NCBI GenBank assembly: GCA_963735805.1
Contig: CAVTMK010000003.1
Coordinates: forward strand, 32,001 to 96,000
Source: an uncultured Verrucomicrobiae bacterium
Lineage (GTDB): Bacteria; Verrucomicrobiota; Verrucomicrobiia; Chthoniobacterales; UBA10450
Length of the DNA: 64,000 nucleotides
Direction: 5' to 3'
Shown here: positions 20,974 through 30,013 of the stretch, piece by piece
How the letters are laid out: the number at the start of each line of letters is the position of its first letter
How positions within the stretch are numbered: position 1 is the first letter of the stretch
Translations under genes and position numbers: made by a program
The notes under the pieces: model-generated
The model's database searches: none
Seen by the model: only the letters and a program-made list of their open reading frames with translations
Told to the model about the DNA's origin: nothing

Positions 20974-21086
20974 AACCACGGATTGCCCAGATAGGTCGAA
21001 GTTTTCGGCGTCGACCAACAGGCTAGGTGATCTTTGCAAGAAGACGAGGAATAGCCCTATCCGGGCTATCGGTGTAATCCGCGGTT
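20974..21086. repeat. Inverted pair of AACC(A/G)CGGATT-type short repeats
   Basis: AACCACGGATTGCCCAGAT (20974-20992) versus the reverse complement of 21059-21086, AACCGCGGATTACACCGATAGCCCGGAT. Confidence 0.55.
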
Positions 21087-22057
21087 CTCCCGATCCCTAA
21101 AGGGGCCGGTAGCTGGCTGAACCTTCGTCGATACCGACCCGGACTGATGCCGGCTATCCGGCGAAAGTGATGTCGAAACGATTCTTCTGTGCCGAAGCCG
21201 CAAGAGTCCGCCACAGCCCACAACGGCGCGCGGGTGGTTTCCAGCGTGTCTTTTGCGCGCGCTACCCGCTCGTGCACGATCCACTGAGTGGGCCAGAGTC
21301 CAGTGGCGTCACGAAACTGGCGCTGCAAGGTCCGCTCGCTCACGCCGGCGCGGCGAGCCAGCGATCTCAAATCATGCTTCGTTTTCAGATTTCCTCGCAC
21401 CCACTCAAGCAACGGCGCGATCGGATGCGAGGCGTTGACCGAGACGGCGTGTGGAAGAAACTGCGCTTGTCCGCCCTCACGATGCGCCGGGATAACGAGA
21501 CCCTGCGCGACCAGATTCGCAATCTTCGCTCCGTGATCGCGCCGAACAAGGTGCAGCATCATATCTAGTCCGGCTGCGGATCCAGCCGAGGTGATGATCC
21601 GGCCCGTGTCCACATAGAGGTCGTTGCTTCGCACTTCGATCTCCGGGTATAGCTCCTGCAACAGCGCGACATGTATCCAATGCGTCGTGGCGGGCTTCCC
21701 GTCGAGGAGACCGGTTGCGGCGAGGACGAACGCGCCTGTGCAGATCGAACAGAGTCGCGCTCCGCGCGCGTGCGCATTTTGGAGTTTTCGAATCAACAAT
21801 CGCGGCGGTGGCACAGCCGGCCGCCAGCCGGGAATGACGATGGTGTCCGCCCGGTCGAGGAGGCGCAGCGAGTGCGGCGCGGTAAAACGGACGCCCCCGG
21901 TCGCGCGCAGCGGGGACCGCGTCGCCGCGCACACGCCGAAATTGTACCACGGCACGTCAATGCCGGGCCATCGCACGGAAAAAATTTCAACCGCACAGGC
22001 AAACTCGAACGTGCACAAGTCGTCATACGCCACCACGGCGACAAGATGGGAACCCAT
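21023..22057 (-). CDS. GlxA/FtrA-type AraC regulator (DJ-1/PfpI + AraC HTH)
   Basis: ADTIVIPGW, SICTGAFVLA, ATTHW, TSAGSAAGLD, HREGGQAQF, CGFGTEESFRHHF. Confidence 0.9.
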   Translation of the reverse strand: MGSHLVAVVAYDDLCTFEFACAVEIFSVRWPGIDVPWYNFGVCAATRSPLRATGGVRFTAPHSLRLLDRADTIVIPGWRPAVPPPRLLIRKLQNAHARGARLCSICTGAFVLAATGLLDGKPATTHWIHVALLQELYPEIEVRSNDLYVDTGRIITSAGSAAGLDMMLHLVRRDHGAKIANLVAQGLVIPAHREGGQAQFLPHAVSVNASHPIAPLLEWVRGNLKTKHDLRSLARRAGVSERTLQRQFRDATGLWPTQWIVHERVARAKDTLETTRAPLWAVADSCGFGTEESFRHHFRRIAGISPGRYRRRFSQLPAPLGIGRTADYTDSPDRAIPRLLAKIT

Positions 22058-22153
22058 GGCGTATGATTACCACATCATGACGTATACGCCACTGGAAAGA
22101 GTAGACGGCACGGAGTTATTTGTACGTGCGAAAACCACCAAAGAAAAAACCAC

Positions 22154-22360
22154 ATGAAAACAATAACTAAACTCATTTACCTACTTACTTCTGCGCTTTC
22201 AATACTCGCCCTGATGTTGGTCTCTTGGTCAAGCGGGTCGACGGCGAGTACAACGCGTCAGACCACTACGACCGCAGCAACCACGCCAGCCCACGTGGTA
22301 CCAAGTCAGCCCATCGGTTACCGGGACGTGCCGCAGGGGTCGGCGGCAGGGGGCTTCTGA
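22154..22360 (+). CDS. Small exported Ser/Thr-rich peptide (68 aa)
   Basis: MKTITKLIY + hydrophobic core; A-rich leader; divergent from the AraC gene. Confidence 0.5.
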   Translation: MKTITKLIYLLTSALSILALMLVSWSSGSTASTTRQTTTTAATTPAHVVPSQPIGYRDVPQGSAAGGF

Positions 22361-22398
22361 GTGTCCATAAGGAAAGACAAGTGAAAGGAATATTATTT

Positions 22399-22944
22399 AT
22401 GCTCTTACTAAAGTCGCTTCGAATTGGTTTTGTTGGGTTGATGCTCTTTGTCGCAAGCGCATGGGCTGCGAGCTCGGTGCTGGAAGGGATCGTCAAGGAT
22501 GCTAAAGGACATCCGATAGAAGGCGCGGACATTCGGATCGAAACGAAAAATGGTGGGAAATTGCTCACAACCGTCAAGACCGATGTAAGCGGTCGTTATA
22601 TTTTAGAGGGTCTTCCGCCAGGCAATTACCGAGTCACATTGGCTGTGAATGGTGCCGTCAAAACTTCCATCAATAATACAACCATCGAGTCGGATGCGCC
22701 GACACAACTGAATTTTGATCTGGGTGCAGCGCCAGCGTCGCGGGCATCTGTAACCGTGAAGAAAGGGCGCCATTGGGTTTGGGTACCCGCGTTTAGTGGA
22801 AGTCGTCTGCCTGGTCACTGGGTCGAACTTAATGACAGTGGAAGCTGGGCGGGAGAGGCTAGCAGCTTCAACGTCGTACGGGTCAGCGGTGAAGAACTGC
22901 AACGGACAATTCACAGCAAAGACCTCCCCGCCGGAGCGAAGTGA
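22399..22944 (+). CDS. Secreted carboxypeptidase-regulatory-like (Ig-like) domain protein
   Basis: Signal peptide AWA; LEGIVKDAKGHPIEGADI..TDVSGRY.LEGLPPGNYRV; HWVWVP..PGHWV tail. Confidence 0.75.
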   Translation: MLLLKSLRIGFVGLMLFVASAWAASSVLEGIVKDAKGHPIEGADIRIETKNGGKLLTTVKTDVSGRYILEGLPPGNYRVTLAVNGAVKTSINNTTIESDAPTQLNFDLGAAPASRASVTVKKGRHWVWVPAFSGSRLPGHWVELNDSGSWAGEASSFNVVRVSGEELQRTIHSKDLPAGAK

Positions 22945-23167
22945 TCGTAGCGCCGTCCTTGCACAATGTTGGCGGCCGTTCTCCCATCGATCTTAAGATT
23001 GAGAGCCAAATTCCATCCAAAGTTCGGGGGAGACCGACGCAGCGTCATCTAGCGTATGTCGTCATATTCGGTTTGCAAGACCACCTGATCAATGAAGTGG
23101 GCTGATGAATTGACGCGTATCGCTTGACCGATTACCGATCACCGATCACTGTTCACTTCCGCGAAGC

Positions 23168-23241
23168 GGGCCTGTAGCTCAGTTGGTTAGAGCATGCGCT
23201 TGATAAGCGCAGGGTCACTGGTTCGAGCCCAGTCAGGCCCA
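23168..23241 (+). tRNA. tRNA-Ile(GAT), CCA not encoded
   Basis: GGGCCTG/CAGGCCC acceptor stem; TGCGC-TTGATAA-GCGCA anticodon arm; GGTTCGAGCC T-arm. Confidence 0.96.
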
Positions 23242-23256
23242 TTCATTTTCCGCGAC

Positions 23257-24663
23257 TCAAAATTGAAAATAAACGAACGGCACCTGGCCGGTAGCGGGAA
23301 ATAACTCGAGCGCAAGAAACGCGCAAACGTACGCCGGAACCTGAATCCGCGCCGGTTGAAGAGCGAGACGGTCAATAAACTGAGTGCATTCTTGTGCAAC
23401 CGCCAGAAATAATGAAATAAAAATCAACACCACTGTCCCCGTCGTCAGCAGAAATTCACCGGTTACGTGAAAACCGAATAACGCCGCTAACACGTACCCG
23501 CTCGCCTGAAGTGTCCTTGGGCGAAAGAAAGCCATACTGACCGTGCAGGAAAGAAACATCAACGCAACACTAAGTGGCACAAAGTAACGCTTTTTCATTA
23601 CCTCGGAGATCGCCGTCCTTTTCGTAGCCCGATCGAAGAGACGGTACCCGATTATTAGGAGGCCGTGATACGCTCCCCAGGCAACAAAGGTCCAGTTAGC
23701 TCCATGCCATAGCCCCACCAAAATCATAACAATCATCAGGTTCCGATATAACACGAAGTGCCCTTTTCTTCCTCGGCTAAACGGCATGAACAAATAGTCC
23801 CGAACCCAGGTGGACAGCGTTATGTGCCATCTCTGCCAGAAGTCTGGCGGATTTCTGGCGAGGAATGGCCGCGCAAAATTGAGCGGAAACTCAAAGCCTA
23901 GCAGCTTTGCGCAACCGCGAGCAATGTCAGTGTAACCGGAAAAATCGAAAAACACCTGCATAAAGAAGGCGATACAACCCGACCACGCAGCCAGCCAGCC
24001 CGGGTGCGCCGCCGGATTGTTGAAATAACTGTCGGACACGACCGCGAATCGATCGGCAAACACCATCTTCTTAATCAGGCCGGCCAGAACAAGAATAATG
24101 CCGCCTTGGACCATAATTGCTGTAGGACGTCGCCAATATTGAATCTGCGAAATGAATTGTCTGGCCCGAATGATTGGCCCGGCAATCAGGTGAGGAAAAA
24201 ACGCGATGAATACTGCGTAGTCGACGAAGTTTCTCACCGCCTTCATTTTCCCCCAGTAGACGTCGATCGTATAAGAAAGACTGGCAAAAGTGTAGAAGCT
24301 GACGCCTACTGGAAGAATAATTTGCAAAACAACCGATGACTCGGGAATACGAAGTAGCCCAGCCAGCGAGCCTGCAAAAAAATCGTAATACTTGAAGAAA
24401 CCAAGGATACCCAGGTTAACTATGAGACTAACAACGAGTAGAATCTTCTTGCGACCACCGCTGGCTGTCTCCAGTGAAATTCCCAGGAAGTAATCAACGA
24501 TGGTAGACGTAAGGATCAGCACGATAAAACGTGGGTCCCACCACATGTAAAAGATGTAGCTCGCGCCAAGGAGCAGGAACTTGCCGATGCGAAATGGAAC
24601 GCTGTAAAACAGCGTAGCCACGATCAAAAAAAAGATCCAGTACTGAAAGCTGTTAAATAACAT
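23257..24663 (-). CDS. MBOAT O-acyltransferase (AlgI/DltB-like)
   Basis: MLFNS.., LPVGVSFYTF, DFSGYTDIARG, DFWQRWHITLS, GLWHGANWTF, C-terminal FVYFQF. Confidence 0.93.
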   Translation of the reverse strand: MLFNSFQYWIFFLIVATLFYSVPFRIGKFLLLGASYIFYMWWDPRFIVLILTSTIVDYFLGISLETASGGRKKILLVVSLIVNLGILGFFKYYDFFAGSLAGLLRIPESSVVLQIILPVGVSFYTFASLSYTIDVYWGKMKAVRNFVDYAVFIAFFPHLIAGPIIRARQFISQIQYWRRPTAIMVQGGIILVLAGLIKKMVFADRFAVVSDSYFNNPAAHPGWLAAWSGCIAFFMQVFFDFSGYTDIARGCAKLLGFEFPLNFARPFLARNPPDFWQRWHITLSTWVRDYLFMPFSRGRKGHFVLYRNLMIVMILVGLWHGANWTFVAWGAYHGLLIIGYRLFDRATKRTAISEVMKKRYFVPLSVALMFLSCTVSMAFFRPRTLQASGYVLAALFGFHVTGEFLLTTGTVVLIFISLFLAVAQECTQFIDRLALQPARIQVPAYVCAFLALELFPATGQVPFVYFQF

Positions 24664-24683
24664 GGGGTAACGCAGGTTGCCAG

Positions 24684-26423
24684 CTAGTTGGCTTTTTCCA
24701 TTGATCTTTTAATCATGCGACTGGCGCTAGGATTTCCCGCATCCGAGCCATCAGTCCCAAAGCGGAATCGATTCGCTACTTTGTTTGAATCGGAGCGACG
24801 GTGTCCGTCTAGATCGGCTGATCGCAGCCGCCCCACTAGCTCGGCTACCAGTGTTTCTGTAAACCTTTGCCGGCCCTTTGCATTAAGATGGTATCCATCA
24901 AAATAGTATTCGGGTTTCTCAAGAAATTCGAATGTTTGTTCGGGAACCGAGAAAACGGTCCTCTGAGTCGTGATTGCCGGAAAAGCAGCGTGAAATGTCA
25001 TGGAGGCTCCTGGAAGGCCGGCAAACGGGCCGCGAGGTACGGGCGTAAGGACAATCTCTGTCGGACTAGCGGAATAACGATTCAAGATTCGCTGGATCCC
25101 ATCTCGCTGGATCTTGAGGAAATCTTGTGTCTCCGATTGAGATGGCTTCACCAGGCTCTCTCTGATGGCTTCTCTCTGAGCTTCCGTTAATCGCGGCGGA
25201 AAAGTTACCTGACCGGTCTTGGGATCGAAGGAAGTACCGACGATATCATAATCCCGGCCTTTGTAGACCTCGCGCGATTGAAGTCTGGTTGGCTCTCGTT
25301 TGATGCTTTGGATTCGGTCGATGGGGTGTTCAAGAAAATCGACGACATCGTTCTGGAATGCCGAACCTCGCAGTATGCATGCTGTAAATGCTCTAAAGCG
25401 ACCTGACCATCGCTGAAAAGCAGATGCAAAATTGAAGCAGTCCGCATAGCGCAACAGGGGAGCGGCCATTGAAATTCTTAAACGATCAGCGCTATTTGGT
25501 TCAAATCCGATACCATAGGGAACTACAATCGCCCAGTACCGGCGCCTGGTAGGATCGACTTCCCGGAGCATATAGTCCCAGATGTTCACTGAAGAGGCTG
25601 GCTCCGCGAGATTCACAAATTTAAATCCATCGACAGAACTGAGATTATCGGCAACCGCAGCGGAGAACCCCTCCGCCATTCGCGAATCGCCCAAAACCAG
25701 TACCTCTTTCAGACCCGACGAAACGCGATCCTTTTCGGCTCGCGTAATGACTTCCATTCTTCCCGCGTATGAATCTGGCGCCAGAATCGAAGTGTATAAC
25801 CGCGTATGGAATACCAGGCCATCTGTGCAAACGAATACAGCCAGGCCGAAAAATAGATTTCGGGTAACATGAAGTGGCCTGGGCGAAGTCGTCGGTTCAA
25901 GTGGAAACTTTGTGCGCACCGGTCCCGCTGAGCTCAGATAAAGGCCGACGTACAGGGCTGTGATGAGCACGGCAATCAGCAGCCAGCGGAGTTGTCCGTC
26001 CAATAATCCAGTGCGCGGTGAGTTTCCAGGTTCCGCGGCGAATCCAGAAACAGTTACGGTGGCCAGCGACGAACGCCGTTCAGCATCTCCATAGAGTCCG
26101 AAAACATAACTCCCTGTCCGGATCCATGGGATCACGCGGCTACCTTCGCTACCAGTAGCGACAAGAACCGGCGGCCGACCGTTTGCCGTCACGAAAACAA
26201 AACCCGTCAATCCGTCACCGGTATTCCAGGCAACATCTGTGCTACCCGAACCACCAGCGATTTTCACGCGTTCCGGCGTAGCTGTAATCGTGGGCCTATC
26301 TTTACCCTGTCGGGGATCGCGGGTCATACTCTGTTGCGGAGGCGCCCCTACGACGGAGGCCGACCCCAAAAAGGCAACGAAGCAAAGCAAAACGGCGGAG
26401 AATCTGCGCGAAAGATTTGCCAT
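24684..26423 (-). CDS. Membrane-anchored SGNH-like acyltransferase partner with an N-terminal beta-sandwich domain
   Basis: Signal peptide; LVLGDSRM (block I); FDGYHLN (DxxH); two TM segments; directly upstream of the MBOAT gene. Confidence 0.65.
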   Translation of the reverse strand: MANLSRRFSAVLLCFVAFLGSASVVGAPPQQSMTRDPRQGKDRPTITATPERVKIAGGSGSTDVAWNTGDGLTGFVFVTANGRPPVLVATGSEGSRVIPWIRTGSYVFGLYGDAERRSSLATVTVSGFAAEPGNSPRTGLLDGQLRWLLIAVLITALYVGLYLSSAGPVRTKFPLEPTTSPRPLHVTRNLFFGLAVFVCTDGLVFHTRLYTSILAPDSYAGRMEVITRAEKDRVSSGLKEVLVLGDSRMAEGFSAAVADNLSSVDGFKFVNLAEPASSVNIWDYMLREVDPTRRRYWAIVVPYGIGFEPNSADRLRISMAAPLLRYADCFNFASAFQRWSGRFRAFTACILRGSAFQNDVVDFLEHPIDRIQSIKREPTRLQSREVYKGRDYDIVGTSFDPKTGQVTFPPRLTEAQREAIRESLVKPSQSETQDFLKIQRDGIQRILNRYSASPTEIVLTPVPRGPFAGLPGASMTFHAAFPAITTQRTVFSVPEQTFEFLEKPEYYFDGYHLNAKGRQRFTETLVAELVGRLRSADLDGHRRSDSNKVANRFRFGTDGSDAGNPSASRMIKRSMEKAN

Positions 26424-26709
26424 CCCCGCAAGTTCGAGCGCGGCCGGCAATGACGAACTATCGCGGGCTGTTCTCTTTATCATGGGACAAACACTCAATT
26501 CGCAGGTGCGACAGCTGCCGTTGACGTTTCAAGAGACTGGTAGACCCCGCTTAATTGGCCCTTCGCAAGGAGCGCCCTTGAAAACCTGAAGTGGGGATGC
26601 GGACAGATGTAATCCTTCAACTGCGATCAGCATTCACGGCTGATTATTTCATTAACTCTCCGAAAAAGGCAAGCTGCGATGGCTGGGGCTGCGACATGGA
26701 AGTCATGAA

Positions 26710-27186
26710 CTACAGCTTAGTGGCTCGCTGTCCGTTTTGTCGGACCTTTGTTGAACGCTTCTTCGTAAGAACCGCGCCGACAAGCAGCCCAACGATCGCG
26801 CCACCACTGTCGATCATGATATCTCTTACCGAAGGGCCACGGGACCGGACGAACGTTTGGTGAAATTCATCTGTCGCAGCCACAACCAGGCAGATGCTCC
26901 AGATACTCACACAGAGGATTGACATCGACCATTTGAGATTCGTCACGCAAATCGCAGCACGAAACAACAGCAACGCCAGAATGGCGTACTCGCCTACATG
27001 GGCGAATTTTCGAATAAAGAAATGAACGGACGCAACGGTCTCCGGAGAAATATCCGGTTTCAGCCAAAGTAAGAATGGAACGATGAATCGCGACGTGTGT
27101 TCGGCAGACATCAGATCGGTCGAGTCGATGAAAATCAGCGCGAGCCAAACCAGTAATGGCAGGCAGTATTTTAGAAAGACGCGCAT
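26710..27186 (-). CDS. VanZ-family membrane protein
   Basis: IRKFAHVGEYAILA, AATDEFHQTFVRSR..DIMID. Confidence 0.88.
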   Translation of the reverse strand: MRVFLKYCLPLLVWLALIFIDSTDLMSAEHTSRFIVPFLLWLKPDISPETVASVHFFIRKFAHVGEYAILALLLFRAAICVTNLKWSMSILCVSIWSICLVVAATDEFHQTFVRSRGPSVRDIMIDSGGAIVGLLVGAVLTKKRSTKVRQNGQRATKL

Positions 27187-27306
27187 TTGTTTTGCACTCC
27201 GCCGCAGCGGCCACCAATTAAATAAATGGCGTTTAGCAGAAACTCCCTACAAATTTACCGATCTGAAATCCGTAATCCCCCGCCTGCAATCAAAGCCAAT
27301 CCCGCT

Positions 27307-28266
27307 GTGACACCTCTCACTTTTGAACCCATTTTCATGGAACGCGTGTGGGGCGGGCGGCGCCTTGAATCTGAGTTTGGCAAAAAATTACCGCTGCAGA
27401 AACCTATCGGGGAATCATGGGAAATAGTAGATCGTCCCGAAGCACAGAGCGTTGTGCGCAACGGGCCGTTGCGCGGGAAAACTTTGCACGAACTGTGGAC
27501 CCAAAATCGAGATGAAATCTTCGGAGACACTCCGGACGCACCGCGTTTCCCGGTGCTACTGAAGCTTCTTGATGCGCAGGACAAACTTTCATTGCAAGTG
27601 CATCCGCCCGAAAAGCTCGCCAGCAGATTAGGAGGCGAACCGAAAACCGAATTTTGGTACGTTTTGCGAGCCGAGCCAGGTGCCGAGCTTTATCTTGGAT
27701 TTCGCGAGTCGATCACGCGGGAACAGCTTGAAAAAGCGTTGCGCGGCGGAAAGGCAGCCGATTATGTCCAAACAATCCGAGTCAAATCCGGCGACGCAGC
27801 GTTCCTTCCGGCAGGTCGTCTTCATGCTTTGGGCGCCGGCATTCTGCTGATCGAAGTCCAGCAGAACAGTGACACCACCTATCGCGTGTTCGATTGGAAC
27901 CGCACGGATAACAGGCGCAAGCAGCGACAGCTGCATATCGCCCAGGCGCTTCAATCCATCGATCTCGATGATGTTCGACCGGGACTGTTGCGCCACGAAG
28001 GCGAACTGTTGTTGCGCGACGAATTATTCGAGATCCAGAAATGGAATCTCGATTCATCGCGCGAGACCGCCGCTCGAGGGCAGTTCGCGATCGTCTGTTG
28101 CCTGACCGGCTCGTTACGCTGCGCCGGGGTCAGTCTTAAGCCCGGAGAATTTTTCCTGATTCCAGCTCAGTCGCAGGACCGACAATTAAGTCCCCAGGCA
28201 AACGGAACAAGTCTACTCCGCGTGACGATTCCAAAATTGCAGGATGTCTACCGCGGCGTACAGTAA
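27307..28266 (+). CDS. manA: Class I mannose-6-phosphate isomerase; start uncertain
   Basis: RVWGG, IGESWE, FPVLLKLLDAQDKLSLQVHP, KTEFWY, LHALG, EVQQNSDTTYR. Confidence 0.88.
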   Translation: MTPLTFEPIFMERVWGGRRLESEFGKKLPLQKPIGESWEIVDRPEAQSVVRNGPLRGKTLHELWTQNRDEIFGDTPDAPRFPVLLKLLDAQDKLSLQVHPPEKLASRLGGEPKTEFWYVLRAEPGAELYLGFRESITREQLEKALRGGKAADYVQTIRVKSGDAAFLPAGRLHALGAGILLIEVQQNSDTTYRVFDWNRTDNRRKQRQLHIAQALQSIDLDDVRPGLLRHEGELLLRDELFEIQKWNLDSSRETAARGQFAIVCCLTGSLRCAGVSLKPGEFFLIPAQSQDRQLSPQANGTSLLRVTIPKLQDVYRGVQ

Positions 28267-28270
28267 TTCA

Positions 28271-28420
28271 ATGGCGCCTCAGTGGGACGGCCCATAAGAT
28301 CAAACCTGAATCCAAATAGGCCGTACAATCTCGCGATTCTTAACGGGAATCGCGCTCGTCTTTTGCTGCGGCGGCGATTGATCCCGCATAGAGGGCGCGA
28401 CGAAGGTACCCACCGCGCAT
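28271..28420. ncRNA. Candidate structured ncRNA: ~150-nt rod-like hairpin with a central bubble (6S-like geometry)
   Basis: Nested complements GTGGG/CCCAC, GATCAA/TTGATC, GCCGTA/TGCGGC and CGCGATTC/GAATCGCG fill most of the intergenic gap. Confidence 0.4.
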
Positions 28421-28475
28421 GATGCAAGGCAGAACAGCACAACAAAAATTTTCGCTCTCAGCGTCACAAATCGGT

Positions 28476-28802
28476 TCAACTTCGTTGCAAACCTTCACCC
28501 AAAGCTTCTCCCAATCGGCGCAAGTAAGTAAAGCTATAAATTCCCGTGCCATGACCATCGGCCCAGCGCGGCTGCAATGCGTAGCCGCCTACGAGTTCGA
28601 ATCCGACGAGTTGAAAGCTCTTATCCGTATAAGTCACATGCGGCCGTGAAATATTGCCAAGCACATCGGGTTCGCCGCCGCATCCCGCGCAAGGACACGC
28701 ACGTCGCAGCGTCTCAAGATTAAAAAATGATTCCGATTCGTCGTTCCAGGAGACGGCAAGCTCGTCTCCTATCTGTTGAATATTTGTTGGTTCGAGCCGC
28801 AT
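28476..28802 (-). CDS. DUF971 (GBBH N-terminal-like) protein
   Basis: LRRACPCAGC; VGGYALQPRWADGHGTGIYSFTYL. Confidence 0.88.
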   Translation of the reverse strand: MRLEPTNIQQIGDELAVSWNDESESFFNLETLRRACPCAGCGGEPDVLGNISRPHVTYTDKSFQLVGFELVGGYALQPRWADGHGTGIYSFTYLRRLGEALGEGLQRS

Positions 28803-29497
28803 TAGTCCTTTTGTCGCCTGGGTCGTTCACCAAAAATTGCCGTGCCCACACGCACCAGCGTAGCACCCTCCTGCACGGCAATCGGAAAATCATTTGTCAT
28901 ACCCATGGAAAGACGCGGGAGTTTAACGTCGAATTCTTTCTCGAGGGAGTCGCGCAGTTTTCGCAACTGCACAAAGAATTTCCGGGAGACTTCCGCCTGT
29001 TGCGCGAGCGGCGGAATACACATAAGCCCCTCAATCGACAATCGCGGAAGCCTAAGGAGAGATTCCATTTCGGCACGTAGAGTTTCTGGCTTAAAACCGA
29101 ATTTGCTCCCTTCCTCTGCTACATTTATCTCCAGTAGCGCACGCGACTGGATCCCCTCCTCAACTCCAATGCGGCTCATTTCCTGCGCCAGCGCAAGCGA
29201 ATCGACACTGTGAAAGAGTTCGAACAAAGGCAACGCGTGGCGAATTTTGTTTTTCTGGAGATGTCCTACAAAATGCCACCGCAAATTTGATGGCAACTCT
29301 GGAATTTTCGCCCGTGCTTCCTGAACCCGGCTTTCCCCAAAAAGTCTTTGCCCGGATTCGACTGCCTCACGCACTTTCTCGGCCGGATGCGTTTTGGTAA
29401 TTGCGACAAGCTCGATTTCGTTCACTGCGCGACCGGCTTTTGTAACCGCTTCCGCGATCTGCTCTCGAACACGCTCAAGATTTTCGGCGACATCCAT
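28802..29497 (-). CDS. yggS: PLP homeostasis protein, YggS family
   Basis: LVAITKT, FGESRVQE, WHFVGHLQKNK, LSMGMTNDF, EGATLVRVGTAIFG. Confidence 0.95.
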   Translation of the reverse strand: MDVAENLERVREQIAEAVTKAGRAVNEIELVAITKTHPAEKVREAVESGQRLFGESRVQEARAKIPELPSNLRWHFVGHLQKNKIRHALPLFELFHSVDSLALAQEMSRIGVEEGIQSRALLEINVAEEGSKFGFKPETLRAEMESLLRLPRLSIEGLMCIPPLAQQAEVSRKFFVQLRKLRDSLEKEFDVKLPRLSMGMTNDFPIAVQEGATLVRVGTAIFGERPRRQKD

Positions 29498-29606
29498 TAA
29501 CTACAACTCTAATAAATTCTGTCCGTTCTGAAACCTCATGGTAGGACGTTGGTCCGGTCACTATTTGCTGGCAAACCGCTCGGAAATGACCCAGAACGAA
29601 GTCGAT

Positions 29607-29894
29607 ATGAAACGCTATTTACTCCTTCTCGGAATCATTGTCGCCTGTTCCAGTTTACTCGCCCAGGAAAAAACCAGTATCCAGGCTAATGCCACTGTAC
29701 TCAGCATCCTTCAGGCCAATGCCGGCAAAGCTGTCGAGTTGCACTTGAGATCTGGAGAAAAGGTCGGAGGGAGAGTCGGCCAAGTGACCGACAACATTGT
29801 CTATCTCTCCCATCTGACCGGGGCCGAGTTTTTCGACGCCTTCATAGACGTGAAAGACGTTTCGGCGGTGGTAATTCGTGCAGCAGGCAGATAG
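29607..29894 (+). CDS. Small exported protein, possibly Sm/LSm-like fold
   Basis: Signal peptide LLA-Q; GKAVELHLRSGEKVGGRV and AFIDVKDVSAVVI. Confidence 0.6.
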   Translation: MKRYLLLLGIIVACSSLLAQEKTSIQANATVLSILQANAGKAVELHLRSGEKVGGRVGQVTDNIVYLSHLTGAEFFDAFIDVKDVSAVVIRAAGR

Positions 29895-30013
29895 CGATCG
29901 CTGCACGCATTAGGCTTAAACGTCGGACCCTTCGTTTTTCTTCTATACTTCGTGGCACTGGCCGCCGGAATTCTTATTCTCATCGGCGAATAGAGTACCC
30001 ATGGCGTTCTGCG

